Below are positions 62,630 to 64,000 of a stretch of 64,000 bases of DNA, piece by piece (the stretch's first letter is position 1; each line of letters begins with the position of its first letter). The notes beneath the pieces are model-generated. The model was not told the origin of the DNA. It did no database searches and saw only the letters and a list, made by a program, of their open reading frames with translations. Both the position numbers and the translations under genes were made by a program. Source of the stretch: an uncultured Desulfobacterales bacterium (lineage in GTDB: Bacteria > Desulfobacterota > DSM-4660 > Desulfatiglandales > JALVZP01); NCBI GenBank assembly GCA_964393645.1, contig CAYMUI010000030.1, forward strand, positions 19,195 through 83,194, written 5' to 3'.

Positions 62630-64000
62630 CTTTCCTCAGGTATTCCCTCTGACTACCAGATGTGTCAAGATGTAGTTACACACACCTGGCAGCTTTTGGG
62701 ACTCAACCCTGCACTAAGCGAACCACTACTCCCTATCCTTCTTTTGAAGGACTCAGGAGATACTTTGTAAAGAAATTCAATCAACTTCATCTTAACAGGA
62801 TTGCACAGCTTGATAAACAAAAGTTTTAAGTTTTTTATCAGTCCTGGGGAGTTTTCTCCCACTCTTGCTATGTTGTATGCTCCTACAAGATCAGCATTAA
62901 AAATTCTGTTTAGAACTTTACACTTAAGCAATCCTTGTGATCTTCTCACAGCTTTTCGGAGTTCTTTTAGTTTTTTAAGCAAACTGCTGTCTTCTTTGCT
63001 TTTTGCTTCTAAGTATTTCTGTCCCACCTTTCTGACTTCAAGTATGTCTGCAAGTGGTGAAGTCTTTGAAGTAAAAGCTTCATCTATCTCTTTAACTTCT
63101 ATCCCTGCTTCTTCTGCTTTGTATTTAATTAGCTCTATCAGTCTTCTGAACGGAACTGATACAAAGTGCTGGTTGTTCTTCTTTCCTATGTTTATTTCGT
63201 CCTTACTTTCTGTTGCTCCTTTTCCTATGTAGAGTTTTTTATGTTCAGTTGCTACAAGCAGGTCAATGAGCTTTCTGCTTATCTTGTGAAAGTCATTATT
63301 AAGTTTTCTTTTTCTGTATGCTGATAGCTCTTTAAGTTTTACGATTCTTTTTGTGATAAGCTGTTTTAAGCTGTGTGCTTCTTCTTTATCTTTTACCTGT
63401 GAAAGCTTACCCTTGAGTGTATCTATTTCAGATTGTAGCTTGGCCTTCTTTTTGTTAAACCACTGGTTGAATGCCTTTATCTCTTTTCCTGAAACTATAA
63501 AGCTTTTAAGCTCTGGATTCGTGGATATTAAAGCTATCAGGTTATTAAGTCCTAAATCTATTCCTGCTTTGTATTTTCCTGTTGCTCCTTCCGGAATTTC
63601 TATTTTGTAAACGGTATCTATGAAAATGTCTGTTCCAAAGATTTTAAGCCTTATGCTTTTTACTGGATGATTGAATCCTCTGGGTAGTTTTACTTTCAGA
63701 AACTCTTTGTTGTGGATTCTCAGCTTAATCTGTATGGAATCATCTAATTGTTTGAATGTGTTCACGTTAAGCTCTACTGAGAAGTTCATCAAAAACTTCA
63801 GTTTCTTTGGTTTTGGTGGGCTTGGAATTCCTTTAAACTTTTCTGAGTTCTTCTGATACTCCCTGTATGCTTTCCTGTAGTCGCTAAAGCTTTTTACTAT
63901 ACCTCTTATTACCTGCTGAAACAGGTAGTTGTTATCTGTTCTTTTCTTCTGCTCTTTTAAAGTTTTTAAAAGTTCTGTTAGCTTTCCGTTTTTCAGAATA
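62630..64000 (-). mobile_element. IS200/IS605-family element (tnpB part and right end), truncated by the window edge
   Basis: It comprises the TnpB gene plus a subterminal hairpin (62656-62689) spanning the tnpB stop codon. The exact right boundary is not determinable. No tnpA is visible within the window. Confidence 0.55.
62665..64000 (-). CDS. tnpB: TnpB (IS200/IS605-family OrfB) RNA-guided nuclease, 5' end outside window
   Basis: RuvC-like D in KAGIDLGLNN, E in IDEAFTSKTS and D in FNADLVGAYNIARV. Hand translation shows the frame stays open from the track start (TTG 63792) up to base 63999 (…YREYQKNSEKFKGIPSPPKPKKLKFLMNF), so the gene continues beyond the window. Confidence 0.85.
   Translation of the reverse strand, partial: ILKNGKLTELLKTLKEQKKRTDNNYLFQQVIRGIVKSFSDYRKAYREYQKNSEKFKGIPSPPKPKKLKFLMNFSVELNVNTFKQLDDSIQIKLRIHNKEFLKVKLPRGFNHPVKSIRLKIFGTDIFIDTVYKIEIPEGATGKYKAGIDLGLNNLIALISTNPELKSFIVSGKEIKAFNQWFNKKKAKLQSEIDTLKGKLSQVKDKEEAHSLKQLITKRIVKLKELSAYRKRKLNNDFHKISRKLIDLLVATEHKKLYIGKGATESKDEINIGKKNNQHFVSVPFRRLIELIKYKAEEAGIEVKEIDEAFTSKTSPLADILEVRKVGQKYLEAKSKEDSSLLKKLKELRKAVRRSQGLLKCKVLNRIFNADLVGAYNIARVGENSPGLIKNLKLLFIKLCNPVKMKLIEFLYKVSPESFKRRIGSSGSLSAGLSPKSCQVCVTTS

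Overview
This is a densely coded, visibly AT-rich chromosomal segment. The proteins are rich in Lys, Glu and Ile, which suggests a thermophilic bacterium. By eye they resemble Thermodesulfovibrio-like Nitrospirota or other deep-branching anaerobes, but that is a guess and not a search result. Most of the window is housekeeping. It contains tig-clpP-clpX-lon, tRNA-Val(TAC) and tRNA-Asp(GTC), and a branched-chain amino acid operon (cimA-leuA-leuC-leuD-ilvB-ilvN). It also holds tmk, argC, ndk, the ffh-rpsP-KH-rimM-trmD-rplS-rnhB-yraN-rsmI cluster, an HPr/Enzyme I pair and smpB. A long minus-strand cluster runs rhomboid, SDH-type protease, radA, a 1552-aa orphan, mnmG, Nudix, AsmA/YhdP-like protein and a fused AccA-AccD. 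The remainder is surE, pyruvate:ferredoxin oxidoreductase, peptidases, prfB, recO, rdgB, moaA, a CooC-type ATPase and a TnpB gene that runs off the right edge. Several things are not explained by the ORF track. (1) A complete leader-peptide transcription attenuator precedes the BCAA operon. (2) The 1552-aa protein has no recognisable motif and is translationally embedded between radA and mnmG; it is the best candidate for something undescribed. (3) prfB has the classical +1 frameshift, which the track splits. (4) A strongly SD-preceded 48-codon basic ORF lies between recO and rdgB. (5) The right end of the TnpB element abuts the cooC ribosome-binding site. (6) The acetyl-CoA carboxylase carboxyltransferase is fused in alpha-then-beta order. 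I saw no CRISPR array, rRNA or obvious defence island. All functional calls come from by-eye motif recognition and are not verified by any search.
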